Notes under the pieces: model-generated | What the model was told of the DNA's origin: nothing | Seen by the model: only the letters and a program-made list of their open reading frames with translations | Database searches by the model: none | Shown: positions 20,177-29,940 of the stretch, one piece after another | Position numbering within the stretch: position 1 is the first letter of the stretch | Layout of the letters: every line of letters starts with the position of its first letter | NCBI GenBank assembly: GCA_050239825.1 | Contig: JBFXGO010000014.1 | Coordinates: 1 to 46,810, forward strand | Direction of reading: 5' to 3' | DNA length: 46,810 bases | Source of the DNA: a bacterium | GTDB lineage: Bacteria; Hydrothermota; 32-111 | Translations under genes and position numbers: made by a program

Positions 20177-21244
20177 TTATTTATATTCGCGCACTCTCTC
20201 TTCGCCTGTCAGAACTCTGAGTCCTCCAAAAGCAAGAGCGCTCATTTCATCTTCACCGGGATATATGATTATCTGTGATATGAAGGATATCATCTCCTTT
20301 ATCCAGGATATGAATCCTTTGTCATACGCGAGACCTCCTGTTATGACTATTGCGTCGACTTTTCCTTCAAGAACCGCCGCCATTGCGCCGACCCATTTGC
20401 CTATGTTGTATGCCATTGCCTTATATATCTTTTCATACTCCTTGTTTCCCGCTAAAATCTCATTTTCAACCTTTCTCATGTCATTTGTGCCGAGATGTGC
20501 AACAATTCCTGCCTTTCCGGCAAGCCTCTTCATAAAATCCTTCTCTTCAATGTTGCTCTCTTTTATAAACTGATAGAGGCCCCATGCGGGGACACTGCCT
20601 GCTCTCTCAGGAGCAAAAGGTCCGTCTCCGTTTAATGCATTATTTACATCGACAACCATTCCCTTTTTATGAGCTCCCACAGAGATGCCTCCTCCAAGGT
20701 GGACTACTATGAGATTTATTTCATCATATTTCTTATTGAGTTCCCTTGCCGCTTTTCTCGCAACTGCTTTTTGGTTCAGCGCGTGGAAAATTGAAACTCT
20801 CTCAATTTCGGGGAAGCCTGTGAGACGGGCAACATCTGCCAATTCATCAACAACTACAGGGTCAACGATATATGAAGGCTTTCCGGATTCTTTTTCGAAT
20901 GCAAGAGCAATCATGCCGCCAAGATTTGAAGCATGTTCTCCGAGTTTTGAATTTTTCAGATCATCTATCATCCTGTCATCTACTTTATAAGTGCCGGATG
21001 GTATCGGTTTCACAAGTCCTCCTCTTCCGACAAAGGCATCAAAGTCGCGCACATTGTAATTATGCTCTTCAAGAACCGCCTCTATCGATTTCCTTCTGAA
21101 ATCATACTGCTCAAATATATGCTTGTATGCGGAGAGTTCTTTTTCGGAATGGGAGATATTCTTTTTAAAAACCTCTTTCTCGTCAAAATAAACAGCAATT
21201 TTAGTTGATGTTGAGCCGGGGTTGATGGCGAGAATTTTAAACAT
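20177..21244 (-). CDS. buk: Butyrate/branched-chain fatty acid kinase
   Basis: INPGSTSTKIA, GRGG, HASNLG, HALNQKA, HLGGGISV, YPGEDEM. Confidence 0.95.
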   Translation of the reverse strand: MFKILAINPGSTSTKIAVYFDEKEVFKKNISHSEKELSAYKHIFEQYDFRRKSIEAVLEEHNYNVRDFDAFVGRGGLVKPIPSGTYKVDDRMIDDLKNSKLGEHASNLGGMIALAFEKESGKPSYIVDPVVVDELADVARLTGFPEIERVSIFHALNQKAVARKAARELNKKYDEINLIVVHLGGGISVGAHKKGMVVDVNNALNGDGPFAPERAGSVPAWGLYQFIKESNIEEKDFMKRLAGKAGIVAHLGTNDMRKVENEILAGNKEYEKIYKAMAYNIGKWVGAMAAVLEGKVDAIVITGGLAYDKGFISWIKEMISFISQIIIYPGEDEMSALAFGGLRVLTGEERVREYK

Positions 21245-21327
21245 ATCACTCCTTTGTTTAATTAAAAGAGTGATTTTAGCATAATAAAATATTAAGTCAA
21301 CTGATTTTTTTAATTGGCGCAGGCATT

Positions 21328-23685
21328 TCAGAAAACAATAGCTTTCTGATGTTTCTTAACCTCTCCCGATATAATCATCTGAGAAAGTTTGTTTTCAATA
21401 TTACTCTGTATCATTCTTTTTATAGGTCTCGCCCCATATTCGTCCGAAAACCCCTCTTTAGCAATGCTTTTAATTGTCTTTTCGGAAAACTCCACATTAA
21501 GTCCGTACTCTTTTGCTCTCTCTTCGACTCTCTGAAGCTGAATTTTAACGATTTTCTCAATCTCTTCTTCATTAAGTTTCTGGAAAATTATTATATCGTC
21601 AAGCCTGTTTACGAACTCCGGCCTAAAATGATTTTTTATTGCTGTCTCAATTTCAACGCGCACAAGATTATAATCCTTCGTAAAGTCAACTCTGTGAGAG
21701 CCAATGTTTGATGTCATTATTATCACAGTGTTTCTGAAATCCACAATATGACCCTGACCGTCGGTGAGTCTTCCGTCATCAAGCACTTGCAGAAGAATAT
21801 TATAGACATCCGGATGAGCCTTCTCAATTTCATCAAATAGAACGACAGAGAATGGTTTCCTCCTTATCAACTCAGTAAGCTGGCCTCCCTCTTCATAACC
21901 GACATACCCGGGAGGAGCTCCGATAAGACGGCTGATGGAGAATTTTTCCATATACTCGGTCATGTCAATTCTTACAAGCGCATCCTCAGTATCAAACAAA
22001 AATTCAGCCAAACCCTTAGCAAGTTCTGTCTTCCCTACGCCGGTTGGTCCTACGAACATGAATGAGCCTATTGGCCGTTTTGGGTCGGAAAGACCTGCCC
22101 TCGACCTTCTTATTGCATCAGAGACAGCCTTTATTGCATTCTCCTGTCCTATGACTCTCTCATGAATTCTCTCCTCCATCTTCATAAGCTTCGTTTGTTC
22201 TGTTTCAAGCATCCTTGATACCGGTATTCCTGTCCATTTTGAAACAATCTCTGATATAACTTCTCCGTCAACTCTCTCCTTTATTTTATGTTTCTTTCGC
22301 CATTCGTCTTTCTTTTCTTTCAATTCTTTTGAGAGTTTGTCAGTCTCCTGTTTCAAACTTGCGGCTTTTTCATAATCTTTTCTCCAAACCGCCTCCTCAC
22401 CGTCATGAGTGAGTGTCTTCATGCGATTTTCAAGAAATTTCAAATCATCAGGCATTTCAAACATCTTCAGTTTAAGCCTTGCGGCGCCTTCATCCATAAG
22501 GTCTACCGCTTTGTCGGGAAGCCTTCTCTCCGTGAGATACCTGTAAGAGAGCTTCGCGGCTTGCTCAAGGGCTTCATCATCAATTTTTACTTTGTGATGC
22601 TCCTCATATTTTTTTCTGAGACCTTTTAAAATTTCAATAGTCTCTTCAACAGAGGGCTCCTTGACCAATACAGGCTGGAATCTTCTCTCAAGAGCCCCGT
22701 CCTTCTCTATGTACTTTCTGTACTCATCAAGAGTTGTCGCTCCAATGACCTGCATCTCGCCTCTCGCAAGAGCCGGTTTAAGCATATTTGACGCATCCAT
22801 CGAACCCTCAGCTCTTCCTGCACCGACTATGTTATGAAGTTCGTCTATAAAGAGTATAATCCTACCCTTTGAATTGATTATCTCATCAACAAGGAGTTTA
22901 AGCCTCTGTTCAAATTCTCCTCTGAACTGAGTTCCTGCAATTAATGCGCCCATGTCGAGACCGAGAATTGTTTTATCTTGAAGATTTTCGGGTAAATCCT
23001 TTGAAACGATCTTTTGTGCAAGACCCTCTATAATAGATGTCTTTCCGACTCCCGGCTCTCCGATAAGAACAGGATTGTTCTTTGTTCTTCTTGAAAGTAT
23101 CTGAATAGTGCGCTCTATCTCATCATTTCTGCCGATTACAGGATCAAGTTTATTCTTTTTGGCCATTTCAGAGTAATCTCTGGTATACTTTTTCAAAACA
23201 TTATAGTTTTTCTCTCCGGATTCTGCAGTAACCCTCTGATTTCCTCTTATATCCTGAAGAACAGAATAGATTTTTTCTCTGGTTACATTATACCTGTTGA
23301 AGAGATTGTTTATGAATTTTGAAGAAATATCAAACATTGCTATGAAGAGATGTTCGGATCCAAGATACTCATCCTTCATCCTCTCTCTCTCTCTCTCAGC
23401 AAAATCAAACAACTGCTCTGTATCATAAGTTATATAAACCTGATATCCGCCTCCATGCTCTGTATATGGCAAATTGTTAAGTTCTCTGTCTATTTCATCA
23501 CTGAATGAACGCACTGATATTGATAGATTTTCAAGTAATGAAGGAATAATTGATTCTGAACTTGAAATAAGCCCCTTCAGTATATGAAGAGGTGTGAGTT
23601 CAGTGTGTTTTTTCTTCCTCAGGACATCCTGAGCGTTTGTTACAGCGCTTCTTGCGCCCTCAGTGAGTTTTTCAAAATTTATCAT
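21328..23685 (-). CDS. clpC: Clp/Hsp100 ATPase, ClpC-like
   Basis: Clp-N repeats, GEPGVGKT and [17 protein letters not shown]; short UVR-like middle domain ([15 protein letters not shown]) favours ClpC over ClpB. Confidence 0.8.
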   Translation of the reverse strand: MINFEKLTEGARSAVTNAQDVLRKKKHTELTPLHILKGLISSSESIIPSLLENLSISVRSFSDEIDRELNNLPYTEHGGGYQVYITYDTEQLFDFAERERERMKDEYLGSEHLFIAMFDISSKFINNLFNRYNVTREKIYSVLQDIRGNQRVTAESGEKNYNVLKKYTRDYSEMAKKNKLDPVIGRNDEIERTIQILSRRTKNNPVLIGEPGVGKTSIIEGLAQKIVSKDLPENLQDKTILGLDMGALIAGTQFRGEFEQRLKLLVDEIINSKGRIILFIDELHNIVGAGRAEGSMDASNMLKPALARGEMQVIGATTLDEYRKYIEKDGALERRFQPVLVKEPSVEETIEILKGLRKKYEEHHKVKIDDEALEQAAKLSYRYLTERRLPDKAVDLMDEGAARLKLKMFEMPDDLKFLENRMKTLTHDGEEAVWRKDYEKAASLKQETDKLSKELKEKKDEWRKKHKIKERVDGEVISEIVSKWTGIPVSRMLETEQTKLMKMEERIHERVIGQENAIKAVSDAIRRSRAGLSDPKRPIGSFMFVGPTGVGKTELAKGLAEFLFDTEDALVRIDMTEYMEKFSISRLIGAPPGYVGYEEGGQLTELIRRKPFSVVLFDEIEKAHPDVYNILLQVLDDGRLTDGQGHIVDFRNTVIIMTSNIGSHRVDFTKDYNLVRVEIETAIKNHFRPEFVNRLDDIIIFQKLNEEEIEKIVKIQLQRVEERAKEYGLNVEFSEKTIKSIAKEGFSDEYGARPIKRMIQSNIENKLSQMIISGEVKKHQKAIVF

Positions 23686-23969
23686 CTTTTACCTCCGAAA
23701 CATAATATAACTTAACAAAGACCAATGTCAAGAACCATAGGTATGTAGCATACTTTATACTATCCAAACAACTTAATGACACTTTTAATTGAAATTCCCT
23801 TTCCAAATAAAATTGGCGTATTAAAAAGATGAAGCAAGGTTTTGCATAAACACAATTTTTTTGGCTTCAAATTCTCATATACTACTTTAATTGCTTTCTC
23901 TATCTTATTATTTTATAGTTATTTAAAATATTTATAAAAAGTATAAACCATACTCCGTCCCTATAAAAG

Positions 23970-23994
23970 AAAAAGGGGCGGAGTGCCGCCCCTT
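23970..23994 (-). terminator. Intrinsic terminator
   Basis: AAGGGGCGG-CACT-CCGCCCCTT followed by T tract after the lipoprotein gene. Confidence 0.8.
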
Positions 23995-24018
23995 AAAACC
24001 GCTGTAAATATTAGTGTC

Positions 24019-24825
24019 CTATTCGGATTTGTATGGAAGCATCCATCCATAGGATGAATATGCGCTATCCGAATCAAGAAGAGAATACTCTGTCAATCCG
24101 TCGAATGCCGCCCTGTATGTTCCGGAAATCAAAGGCACCCTAAAAGTTCCGCTGTAAACTCCATCCGAGTAAACGCACTTTGAGCGCCTCAATGCAGAGT
24201 GTATATAGAAGAATCCGGTTGTGTCAGGAGAATAGACCGTTATCTCTATGGCTTCACCCTTAGGCAGAGTTATGAATTCATTCTTGGGGAAGAATTCTCC
24301 GACTCCCATTATCATAGTGTCAATGATTCCTGTTTTATAGAGTTTGACAGAGTCAATGTGCATCAATGGCGGCTCCATAGTATATATCTCTGCGCCTGTT
24401 ATCTTTGCGACTCTCCACCCTCCATGGTACTCCTTCAATGTGTCTTTTAAAAACATTACAGACCTTATCAGAGTATCGACAAAAGTCTTTTCACACACCA
24501 CAGTGTCAAGCGAATCATTGACATAATGTATGTTCATTGTGCCCGGGAATATGACTTTTATAACTGCTATGGCTGAATCTCCCTCCAAATCGAACTGAAT
24601 GCTGTGTGAGACAGAATCGGTCTCCGACTTATCCCTGTACCAGAAGATTGGAGTGATTGATGTTTTGACTGCATCCTCCTCCTCTCCGGTCTCGTATGTT
24701 GAGAGCAGAATGTCGTGAAACTCAAGTATCAGGTCATTTAAATTCTCTTCATCGCTGTTTGTAGTCAATCCGCATGATGAAAAGAGAAACAATAAAACCA
24801 AAACTAATAATCCTGTTTTTTTCAT
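24019..24825 (-). CDS. Lipoprotein of unknown function
   Basis: MKK, hydrophobic stretch, lipobox FSSC; GGAGG RBS. Confidence 0.75.
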   Translation of the reverse strand: MKKTGLLVLVLLFLFSSCGLTTNSDEENLNDLILEFHDILLSTYETGEEEDAVKTSITPIFWYRDKSETDSVSHSIQFDLEGDSAIAVIKVIFPGTMNIHYVNDSLDTVVCEKTFVDTLIRSVMFLKDTLKEYHGGWRVAKITGAEIYTMEPPLMHIDSVKLYKTGIIDTMIMGVGEFFPKNEFITLPKGEAIEITVYSPDTTGFFYIHSALRRSKCVYSDGVYSGTFRVPLISGTYRAAFDGLTEYSLLDSDSAYSSYGWMLPYKSE

Positions 24826-24834
24826 ATCGCCTCC

Positions 24835-25272
24835 TTACTTTATTTTTTCTATAATTTTATCTTTCAATGTGCTCTTGAACTTCATCTCGTAGAGTATGTA
24901 TTTCGCTCTCTTTTCCTTTGACAGCTTTTTCGCGAATTCCCGTCTTATTTTCAGCGCATCTTCTATTCTCTCTATTTCAATCTTCTCAAGACTGTCGATT
25001 ATATCATCTATTTCGTCATACTTTTTTTCTTCAATAGATTTTTCAAGTTTGGAAACGAGGGAATCTTCGCTCTTCTGGTAATCTTTCTGCATCTTCTTGA
25101 GTTTTGTCTCAACTTTAATCAGTTGGGATATCATGTCAGCATCCAAATCAAGAAGCTCTGCTATTTTGTTGACTTTTACCGCCTCCACTATGTCCTTCTT
25201 TTCACCCGCATAGATAGTTGATGCACACACCGCCAACATTAAAAAGATGAGAAGGAAGTTTTTGATTTTCAT
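24835..25272 (-). CDS. Periplasmic Spy/CpxP-like helical protein
   Basis: Signal peptide, charged helices, LSKEKRAKY; position in an ECF/anti-sigma operon. Confidence 0.55.
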   Translation of the reverse strand: MKIKNFLLIFLMLAVCASTIYAGEKKDIVEAVKVNKIAELLDLDADMISQLIKVETKLKKMQKDYQKSEDSLVSKLEKSIEEKKYDEIDDIIDSLEKIEIERIEDALKIRREFAKKLSKEKRAKYILYEMKFKSTLKDKIIEKIK

Positions 25273-25643
25273 AAATCCTCCTGTAATTTATTTATAATTT
25301 CTATGAATTCATCGTCTGATATGCTGTCCATAATATCAAGACAATCATTGTATGTGATTGAAGAGTAGCCGTTCGCCTTATCAGCTTTTACATTGCTTAA
25401 AAAGAATATTCCTGCGGCGACAGCTACGGTTATACCTGCGGTCAAAGAGGCAAGCTTAAAGAAGAGAACTCGGTTTTTATTAAATCTTTTCACCTTCACA
25501 CTCTCAAAAGGCAGGTTAGGGTAGAGAAGGTTCAGAGCGGCAGAGAATCTGCTGTCGCACTCTCTGCATTGCTTTATATGTTCAAATGCCTCATCAGCCG
25601 GGTACCTGTCTAAAAATTCCTCTAATGATTTTATTTCACACAT
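25269..25643 (-). CDS. Zinc-finger anti-sigma factor
   Basis: HIKQCREC (HxxxCxxC) plus one TM helix; overlaps the ECF sigma gene. Confidence 0.8.
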   Translation of the reverse strand: MCEIKSLEEFLDRYPADEAFEHIKQCRECDSRFSAALNLLYPNLPFESVKVKRFNKNRVLFFKLASLTAGITVAVAAGIFFLSNVKADKANGYSSITYNDCLDIMDSISDDEFIEIINKLQEDL

Positions 25644-26112
25644 TCGCTTCCTCCTTTATCTTGAGAAGAGCATTTCTGAATGCCACCCTGCATGTTGACT
25701 CGCTTACTTGAAGCTCTTCCGCAATCTCCGAATAATCCATTCCCATATAGAATTTCATTGTAAACACCTTGTGCTCCTGCTCCGAGAGCAGAGCCAATGC
25801 TCTTCCTACCTTCTCCATTCTCTCCCTTCTCAACACCTCATTCTCCACAGAGATGGGAGAAAAGGCAATCTCTTCATTCAATTCGACTGTTTCATGCCTT
25901 CTGCAGACTCTGTTGAGTGAGATGTTGCGTGCCGACATGCAGATATATGATTTCAAATCCTTAATATTCTCCAAGTTTCTGAAAATATTTATAAAGAGAT
26001 CCTGAACAGCATCCTTTGTGTCGTCATAGTTGCCTATTATTGAATAGCAGATATAAAATGCCTTCTTGTAGTAAGTTGTATACACCCTTTCAAACTCCTT
26101 TTTTTTGTTCAT
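25636..26112 (-). CDS. ECF RNA polymerase sigma factor
   Basis: DAVQDLF, ARN, LSEQEHKVF, YSEIAEEL. Confidence 0.9.
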   Translation of the reverse strand: MNKKKEFERVYTTYYKKAFYICYSIIGNYDDTKDAVQDLFINIFRNLENIKDLKSYICMSARNISLNRVCRRHETVELNEEIAFSPISVENEVLRRERMEKVGRALALLSEQEHKVFTMKFYMGMDYSEIAEELQVSESTCRVAFRNALLKIKEEANV

Positions 26113-26122
26113 TTTGAATTTA

Positions 26123-26148
26123 TGACACCCTTTTTGAAATTTTGTTTA
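26123..26148 (-). promoter_or_regulatory. Putative ECF autoregulatory promoter
   Basis: TAAAC-16-TGTC just upstream of the sigma ATG, resembling AAAC-N16-CGTC ECF promoters. Confidence 0.4.
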
Positions 26149-26646
26149 TACTTTTTTGAGGCTTTTCCTTGCTTCCGTAAAGAATTGCACGGCTTCATCT
26201 GTTTTATAATCCGGATATGTCCATTCAAGATGCTTTACCCCCCTCCTTGTGAAAAGAAGAGTCGCCTCGCAGTATATCCCCTCTCCAAGATAGACTCTAT
26301 GGGCAAAATTCTTAGTAGTCAAAAGTTGTAGGTTGTTCAAAGTGATTATACCCGGGTCTATGTTTACTGTGCGCCTCCCCTCTTTGCGAAAGTGATTCTC
26401 AATAGAGCAGGAATTGATTTTCTTCTCATAAAGGTGTTCCAAATCAACATGCTCGGCAAAAACAATCCATTCTCTCACTATATCTCCGCCTAACTCCGAA
26501 TCATAATAATCTGAGAAAGAGTTAAAATTGATTGTTTTTGAAAATGATTTTATCTCTCCATAAGAATCAACAAGCTCTGATATGGCTCTATTCCTGAAAT
26601 CTCTCTCATTGTAGAGAAGCCCGCAGAAAAGTATCGCTTTATTCAT
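26146..26646 (-). CDS. DUF4416-family protein
   Basis: DYYDSELG, RTVNIDPG, TTKNFAHRVYLGEGIY, WTYPDY. Confidence 0.8.
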   Translation of the reverse strand: MNKAILFCGLLYNERDFRNRAISELVDSYGEIKSFSKTINFNSFSDYYDSELGGDIVREWIVFAEHVDLEHLYEKKINSCSIENHFRKEGRRTVNIDPGIITLNNLQLLTTKNFAHRVYLGEGIYCEATLLFTRRGVKHLEWTYPDYKTDEAVQFFTEARKSLKKV

Positions 26647-27320
26647 TTTATAAGATAAGAAAAAAGGATATCAGAAAACATAAAAACAATAAAAAGACCG
26701 AGAGAGAGGAATGGAGCAAATGGTATCTCTCTGCTCTTCTTCAAAGCAGGCATTAAAAGGTAGAATAGAATGCCTAAAATTCCCGCGGCGATTATTGAAT
26801 AAAAGAACATTTCATAACCCAGAATAAGTCCCATTATGATTGCCACATAAATGTCGCCCTCTCCAAGACCCTCCTGTTTTAGGATTTTGCTTCCTATGAA
26901 CCTGACAAGGAATACGAAGAGTCCTCCGGAGAATCCGCCTATAAGAGAGGGAAAGAGCGGAGCGATGGGATGCCCGAGGATTTTTTCATCAACTCTGTTG
27001 AAAAATCCGAGAAGAGTCCCGGTTAACAGGAGAGATGCAGGAATTAGAAGGTAATAAATGTTTATCTCCTTTGTTTTGAAGTCAATAACGGAGATGAGAA
27101 ACATTACGGAGAATGAGAGAGAGTAAATGAGTGAAAATAGCGTCAGCCCCGACTTCATGTAAACAAGAAGAAAGAGAACTCCGCAAGCTGTTTCAACAAA
27201 CAGATGCAGGGATTTATTTGAATTCACTTTCAGTTTCTTCAAATCGTTCTTTATCCATAATGAAATAATAAAACCTGTAACAGCGCCGCAAAGCAAGGCA
27301 ACTATATGCATAAGATTCAT
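26643..27320 (-). CDS. pilD: A24 prepilin peptidase lacking the N-terminal Cys cluster
   Basis: SVIDFKTKEI, GLGEGD, IPFAPFL. Confidence 0.8.
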   Translation of the reverse strand: MNLMHIVALLCGAVTGFIISLWIKNDLKKLKVNSNKSLHLFVETACGVLFLLVYMKSGLTLFSLIYSLSFSVMFLISVIDFKTKEINIYYLLIPASLLLTGTLLGFFNRVDEKILGHPIAPLFPSLIGGFSGGLFVFLVRFIGSKILKQEGLGEGDIYVAIIMGLILGYEMFFYSIIAAGILGILFYLLMPALKKSREIPFAPFLSLGLFIVFMFSDILFSYLIK

Positions 27321-28099
27321 TTTGCCTCCACAATAACAGTATCTTTTAGAATCTTTACAAATGAAGAGAATGGCAGAAATTTCATTTTCTTCAGCTCTTC
27401 GTTCACATATATTTCTATAGAACCGCCCGCATTCTCTTTAAGCTTGCTGTTAAAATCAAGTGAAAGAATGTTTACCATGTTCTTCACCGCATTCTCTTTT
27501 TCCATTCGGTTTGAAGAGTTGTTGTAAATTTCCGTCCACAATCTGAGAGCAGTTAAATAATCCCCCCCTCTCTTCATTGCGGATGCGGCGAATGACTTGC
27601 AGTAATATGGCGCATCAGGTTTTTGGGATGCAAACTCAAACCATTTGTATGCGGCATAGTAATCTCTTATATACATATAATTGAGAAATCCTGCTATAAA
27701 AGGAATCTGCCAAGAGGAGGGCATATTTGCCATTCCTTTTCTTATCAATTTCATTCCCAAGTCAGGTCTCTTCTGGTCATAGGCAATAATTGTCCCTCCA
27801 AATATGTAGCACTGCATAAGATTCGGGTCAAGGTCGGTTATTATGTCAAACAGATTATAAAGCTGGTGCAGGTCTTTGTCTGTTATTATATGTTCGCCGT
27901 AGTATTGAACTGTCTGAAGCCACATTATGTTGGTGACTGTGGTTTTATAATCAAGAGAGACCTGTTGTATGAATTTTCCGGATGGGAAATAGAGCAGTTC
28001 ATTGGATTTTCTGTTAGAATTTTCCGGACGGGTTTGAAGAAGAAAAGAAAATAGCATCACAAGAGCGAGCATGAAAATTATATTTACGGTTTTTCTCAT
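27317..28099 (-). CDS. Pilus-locus TPR-like membrane-anchored protein
   Basis: N-terminal TM, WLQTVQYYG, ITDLDP, WQIPFIAGF; follows the pilH/pilI-like ABC genes. Confidence 0.65.
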   Translation of the reverse strand: MRKTVNIIFMLALVMLFSFLLQTRPENSNRKSNELLYFPSGKFIQQVSLDYKTTVTNIMWLQTVQYYGEHIITDKDLHQLYNLFDIITDLDPNLMQCYIFGGTIIAYDQKRPDLGMKLIRKGMANMPSSWQIPFIAGFLNYMYIRDYYAAYKWFEFASQKPDAPYYCKSFAASAMKRGGDYLTALRLWTEIYNNSSNRMEKENAVKNMVNILSLDFNSKLKENAGGSIEIYVNEELKKMKFLPFSSFVKILKDTVIVEAK

Positions 28100-28180
28100 T
28101 TTCAAATTATCCGCCGCTTAATCGTATTTTGTTTGCCGACCGCGTTCCCGCAGGAGCCTGAAAGGAAAACTCTCATTCTT

Positions 28181-28948
28181 TCAGTAAAACTCTCTCTTGT
28201 TGAAAATCTCCATTGAAGCATAAACAAGAAGCACAATATAAGAGGCAACATAGCAGAGAGAGAATAAAATATATTCGCCAGTCACAGGAAGATTGTTAAC
28301 AGCATTTATTTTTACATCAAGATAATAAAAATTGGGAATGACAAGCATAATGAATTTTACAGCTATCTTTACAATCAAAGATGCCGATTTTTCTATGAAA
28401 AATCCAATATCATTTACAAAATGCCCTGCGATGTAAGTTATCAGAGTGAACATCCCTGAGAGTATCGGAGAGGCAAAAGAAGAGAAAAATATGGCAATTG
28501 CCGAAAGCAGAGCTGTCTGAAGGAAAATAAGGAGAAGAGAGATTAATACCGATAGGGTGAATGTAATTTTAGAGATAAAGAGAATGAAGATGAAAAAGAT
28601 TGAAGATGCAAGTATATAGAGAGAGACAGTTGACAGAAGTCCTATGAATTTTCCCAGAAGGAGCCTTCTTCTTGAAATCGGCTTGGGAATGATAATGAAA
28701 ATTGTCTTTTTCTCTATCTCCTGATATATCAGCCTCGTTCCAGAGAGAATGATAAGGATAAGAGAAAAGAATGAAATTGTCGATAAACCGGCATCCTTCA
28801 CGAGTCGTTCTCTTTCACCGAGAGCTATAGGGTCGAGAATCAATGAAAGCATTATGATTAAAAATGAGAGAATTATCAGGGACAGTATTATTCTGTGCCT
28901 CAGAGATTCTTTCACAACTACATTTGAGACAAGCAATATATCATTCAT
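28181..28948 (-). CDS. ABC permease (PilI-like, Myxococcus nomenclature)
   Basis: EIEKKTIF..KPISR..LLGKF; about 6 TM helices. Confidence 0.8.
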   Translation of the reverse strand: MNDILLVSNVVVKESLRHRIILSLIILSFLIIMLSLILDPIALGERERLVKDAGLSTISFFSLILIILSGTRLIYQEIEKKTIFIIIPKPISRRRLLLGKFIGLLSTVSLYILASSIFFIFILFISKITFTLSVLISLLLIFLQTALLSAIAIFFSSFASPILSGMFTLITYIAGHFVNDIGFFIEKSASLIVKIAVKFIMLVIPNFYYLDVKINAVNNLPVTGEYILFSLCYVASYIVLLVYASMEIFNKREFY

Positions 28949-28951
28949 ACT

Positions 28952-29881
28952 TCAATCCTTCATCAGATTCATGAAATAATCCTCAAGTTTGGATTCTCTT
29001 GGAATATAAGATATGACTCTTCCGTTATTCTCTTTTACTAACTGCATAATCTGCTCTGCTGTCTCAGCATTTGATGTGGTTATAAATATCTTGTTTTCAT
29101 GATTGGAAAAAAATCTGCAGTCATCTTTATACTTTTCAAGCAGAGAATTTATTTTTTCATTTGAAATCAATTCAAGTTCAATCTCTTTCAGTTCTCTTTT
29201 GATTATATCCTGAATATATCCTATTCCGACAACAATGCCTTTGTTTATGACGCACACCTTGTCCGCAAGTATCTCTATGTCAGGCAGTATATGGGAAGAG
29301 AAGATAATCGTCTTTCCTCTTCTCTTCATCATCAGGATGATGTCTTTCATCTCTTTTCTGCCTATCGGGTCAAGACCTGACATTGGTTCGTCAAGAATGA
29401 TTATTTCAGGGTCATTTATCAATGCCTGCGCCATGCCTAATCTCTGCGCCATTCCTTTGGAGAATGTGCCCACAGGATTATTCATTGCATCTTTGAGCCC
29501 TACAAGGCCTATCAGTGTCTTTATCCTGTCCTGCTTTGATTCTTTCGGAATTCCAAAAAGACCTCCGATAAAATCAAGGGTTTCATAAGCAGTCAGGAAA
29601 GGATAAAATGAAGGATTCTCAGGAAGAAAACCGATTCTTTTCCTGACATTCTTATCATCTATCACTGAATTAAAAATTGCCACACTACCTGTTGTGGGTT
29701 TTATAATGCCCATCATCATCTTAAGTGTCGTTGACTTGCCTGCTCCGTTGGGTCCCAAAAGACCAAAAATCTGATTCTCCTCCACAGAGAATGTCACAGA
29801 TTTGACCGCCTCTATCTTTTTGAATGGAAATTGCAGTTTGTATGTCTTTGTGATTTTATCAGCTCTTATAATATTATTCAT
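28952..29881 (-). CDS. ABC ATPase (PilH-like, Myxococcus nomenclature)
   Basis: GPNGAGKST, FSKGMAQR, LDEPMSGLDPIGR; directly after the pilin gene. Confidence 0.88.
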   Translation of the reverse strand: MNNIIRADKITKTYKLQFPFKKIEAVKSVTFSVEENQIFGLLGPNGAGKSTTLKMMMGIIKPTTGSVAIFNSVIDDKNVRKRIGFLPENPSFYPFLTAYETLDFIGGLFGIPKESKQDRIKTLIGLVGLKDAMNNPVGTFSKGMAQRLGMAQALINDPEIIILDEPMSGLDPIGRKEMKDIILMMKRRGKTIIFSSHILPDIEILADKVCVINKGIVVGIGYIQDIIKRELKEIELELISNEKINSLLEKYKDDCRFFSNHENKIFITTSNAETAEQIMQLVKENNGRVISYIPRESKLEDYFMNLMKD

Positions 29882-29895
29882 TTTATTATTATAGC

Positions 29896-29925
29896 AAAAA
29901 AAAAGGGGCTTGAAAAGCCCCTTTT
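29896..29925 (-). terminator. Intrinsic terminator after the major pilin gene, abutting an extended -10 (TGCTATAAT)
   Basis: AAAAGGGGCTT-TTC-AAGCCCCTTTT followed by T tract. Confidence 0.8.
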
Positions 29926-29940
29926 ATTAAAGAAATAAAA

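Noticed and set aside
23381..23398. (CT)n tract in clpC as a phase-variation site
   Set aside because: It encodes in-frame ERERER in a conserved chaperone and the frame is intact
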